DNA from: Podarcis bocagei | Lineage: Eukaryota | DNA: 64,000 nucleotides | Strand: one strand, 5' to 3' | NCBI GenBank assembly: GCA_964188305.1 | Contig: OZ076888.1 | Shown: piece by piece, positions 62,982 to 64,000 of the stretch | How positions within the stretch are numbered: position 1 is the first letter of the stretch | Layout of the letters: the number at the start of each line of letters is the position of its first letter | The notes under the pieces: model-generated | The model's input: the letters and a program-made list of their open reading frames with translations, nothing else | What the model was told of the DNA's origin: nothing | The model's database searches: none | Program-made: the position numbers and the translations under genes

Positions 62982-63003
62982 TGGTGCCAAAAGTGACTCG
63001 GAT
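62982..63003 (+). other. Primer-binding site, tRNA-His-like with a 4-nt insertion
   Basis: TGGTGCC-AAAA-GTGACTCGGAT compared with the His PBS TGGTGCCGTGACTCGGAT. Confidence 0.75.
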
Positions 63004-63592
63004 CAGAAGGACTTTAAGTGTCCTCAGAGACCAGGAGGCAGCTCCCTTGCCCTCTGGGCAGAGACAGGGGAGGGTCAACAGACCTCCTGGCTTCCACGTG
63101 CACACCGAACCTTTTCTTCGGAGGGGGGCAGAAGGCAACTTGACCCTCTTGCTGTATCCTGGGACAGAGGACAACGGATTTGAAGAGCCGAGGTTGGGAG
63201 GACAGGACAGAGAAAAGCCGGCTGGGGTGAGTACATGGCAACAAGCCCTGAGGGGATAGGAAATCCTCCTTTTAATTAAGGAGAAGGGAGATACTGATCA
63301 CATCTCCAGCGTGGATAGTGGCATTAAGTAGAAGGGTTGACTGCTGACAACCACCCACGCTTTGGTATTAGGAAGGAGAAAAAGGGGGGGCACAGGGTGG
63401 TTAGTGTGTCGTGCAAGCGTCCAACGAGAGAGGCATTTTGTGCATGTATGTGTGTTACCCCGGGGCATTCCCCTGGGGTCGTAGCAACAAGTACTCCATT
63501 TCCCAGTCGGGCGACCGCACCTGGGTGAGAAAAGTTGCGAAATGAATGTGTGAGTGTTTGGTGTGGGGACGCTGTACAGGGCCATACTGAAA

Positions 63593-63800
63593 ATGGGAGG
63601 GGGGAGGCTTGAAAGCCTTGAAAGGTCCAGTAATTCCCCTTCAATGTATGTTAAACAACTTCAAGGAAGGACCAAAATCAGCATAGACCAGGGGGGACAT
63701 CCTGACCAGATTCCCTATATAGACAACTGGCTGAAGGTGGTAGATGACAATCACCCCCCCCCCCGGTTGAAGAAATGCAGGACTGAACATTGCAAAGTCA
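63593..63800 (+). pseudogene. Class I (gamma/epsilon-like) ERV gag matrix remnant
   Basis: MGGG.. start, IPLQCMLNNFKEG in a shifted frame, and GHPDQIPYIDNWLKVV...PPRL. The central MA segment appears to be deleted. Confidence 0.75.
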
Positions 63801-64000
63801 CTCCCTCATGTCAGGTTTTGGAGAGGGAAGATGTCCAGAAGAAGTGCAGTGTTTATGGAGAAGAGTGTACAGAACAGTAAGCAGTTATTACTGCATTAAC
63901 AGAGGAAAATAAAAGAAAAGAGCATGAAACAGGATGCTGCTATAGAATTAATGTAACAGGATCTTGAACAGACAAATGAAGGACTTAATAGATTAAACAC

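Overview
This is vertebrate genomic DNA. The repeat content (Sauria SINEs with ACCTTT tails, CR1/L2/RTE/L1 fragments, Tigger and hAT MITEs) points to a squamate, probably a lacertid lizard. The one clear protein-coding gene is RAB11FIP2 on the minus strand. It has 5 coding exons (55193-54844, 47299-46857, 44461-43993, 34267-34222, 27856-27629) that total 1536 nt (511 aa), all with GT-AG introns, plus a CpG-island promoter near 55.7-56.6 kb and a long 3' UTR that probably runs to about 23.5 kb. The rest is intron or intergenic sequence rich in transposable elements. The most notable observations are: (1) a small TIR element (8010-8551) carrying a captured, degenerate fragment of a NUDT19-like Nudix exon, i.e. 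a Pack-TIR-type structure; (2) a 2.4-kb Tigger/pogo element with an uninterrupted DDD catalytic frame whose DNA-binding N-terminus is replaced by a 144-bp tandem array, with a matching MITE in RAB11FIP2 intron 3; (3) two Penelope-type short repeats carrying minimal hammerhead-ribozyme motifs with complementary lesions; (4) a perfect 29-nt tailless U6 retrocopy with a 19-bp target duplication; (5) the 5' end of a class I ERV with an odd His/Phe-like PBS and a strong CTCF motif in its LTR. All family and homology assignments come from recognising motifs by eye; no database search was run. I cannot show a wholly new biological system; the gene-capturing TIR element is the best candidate for something undescribed.
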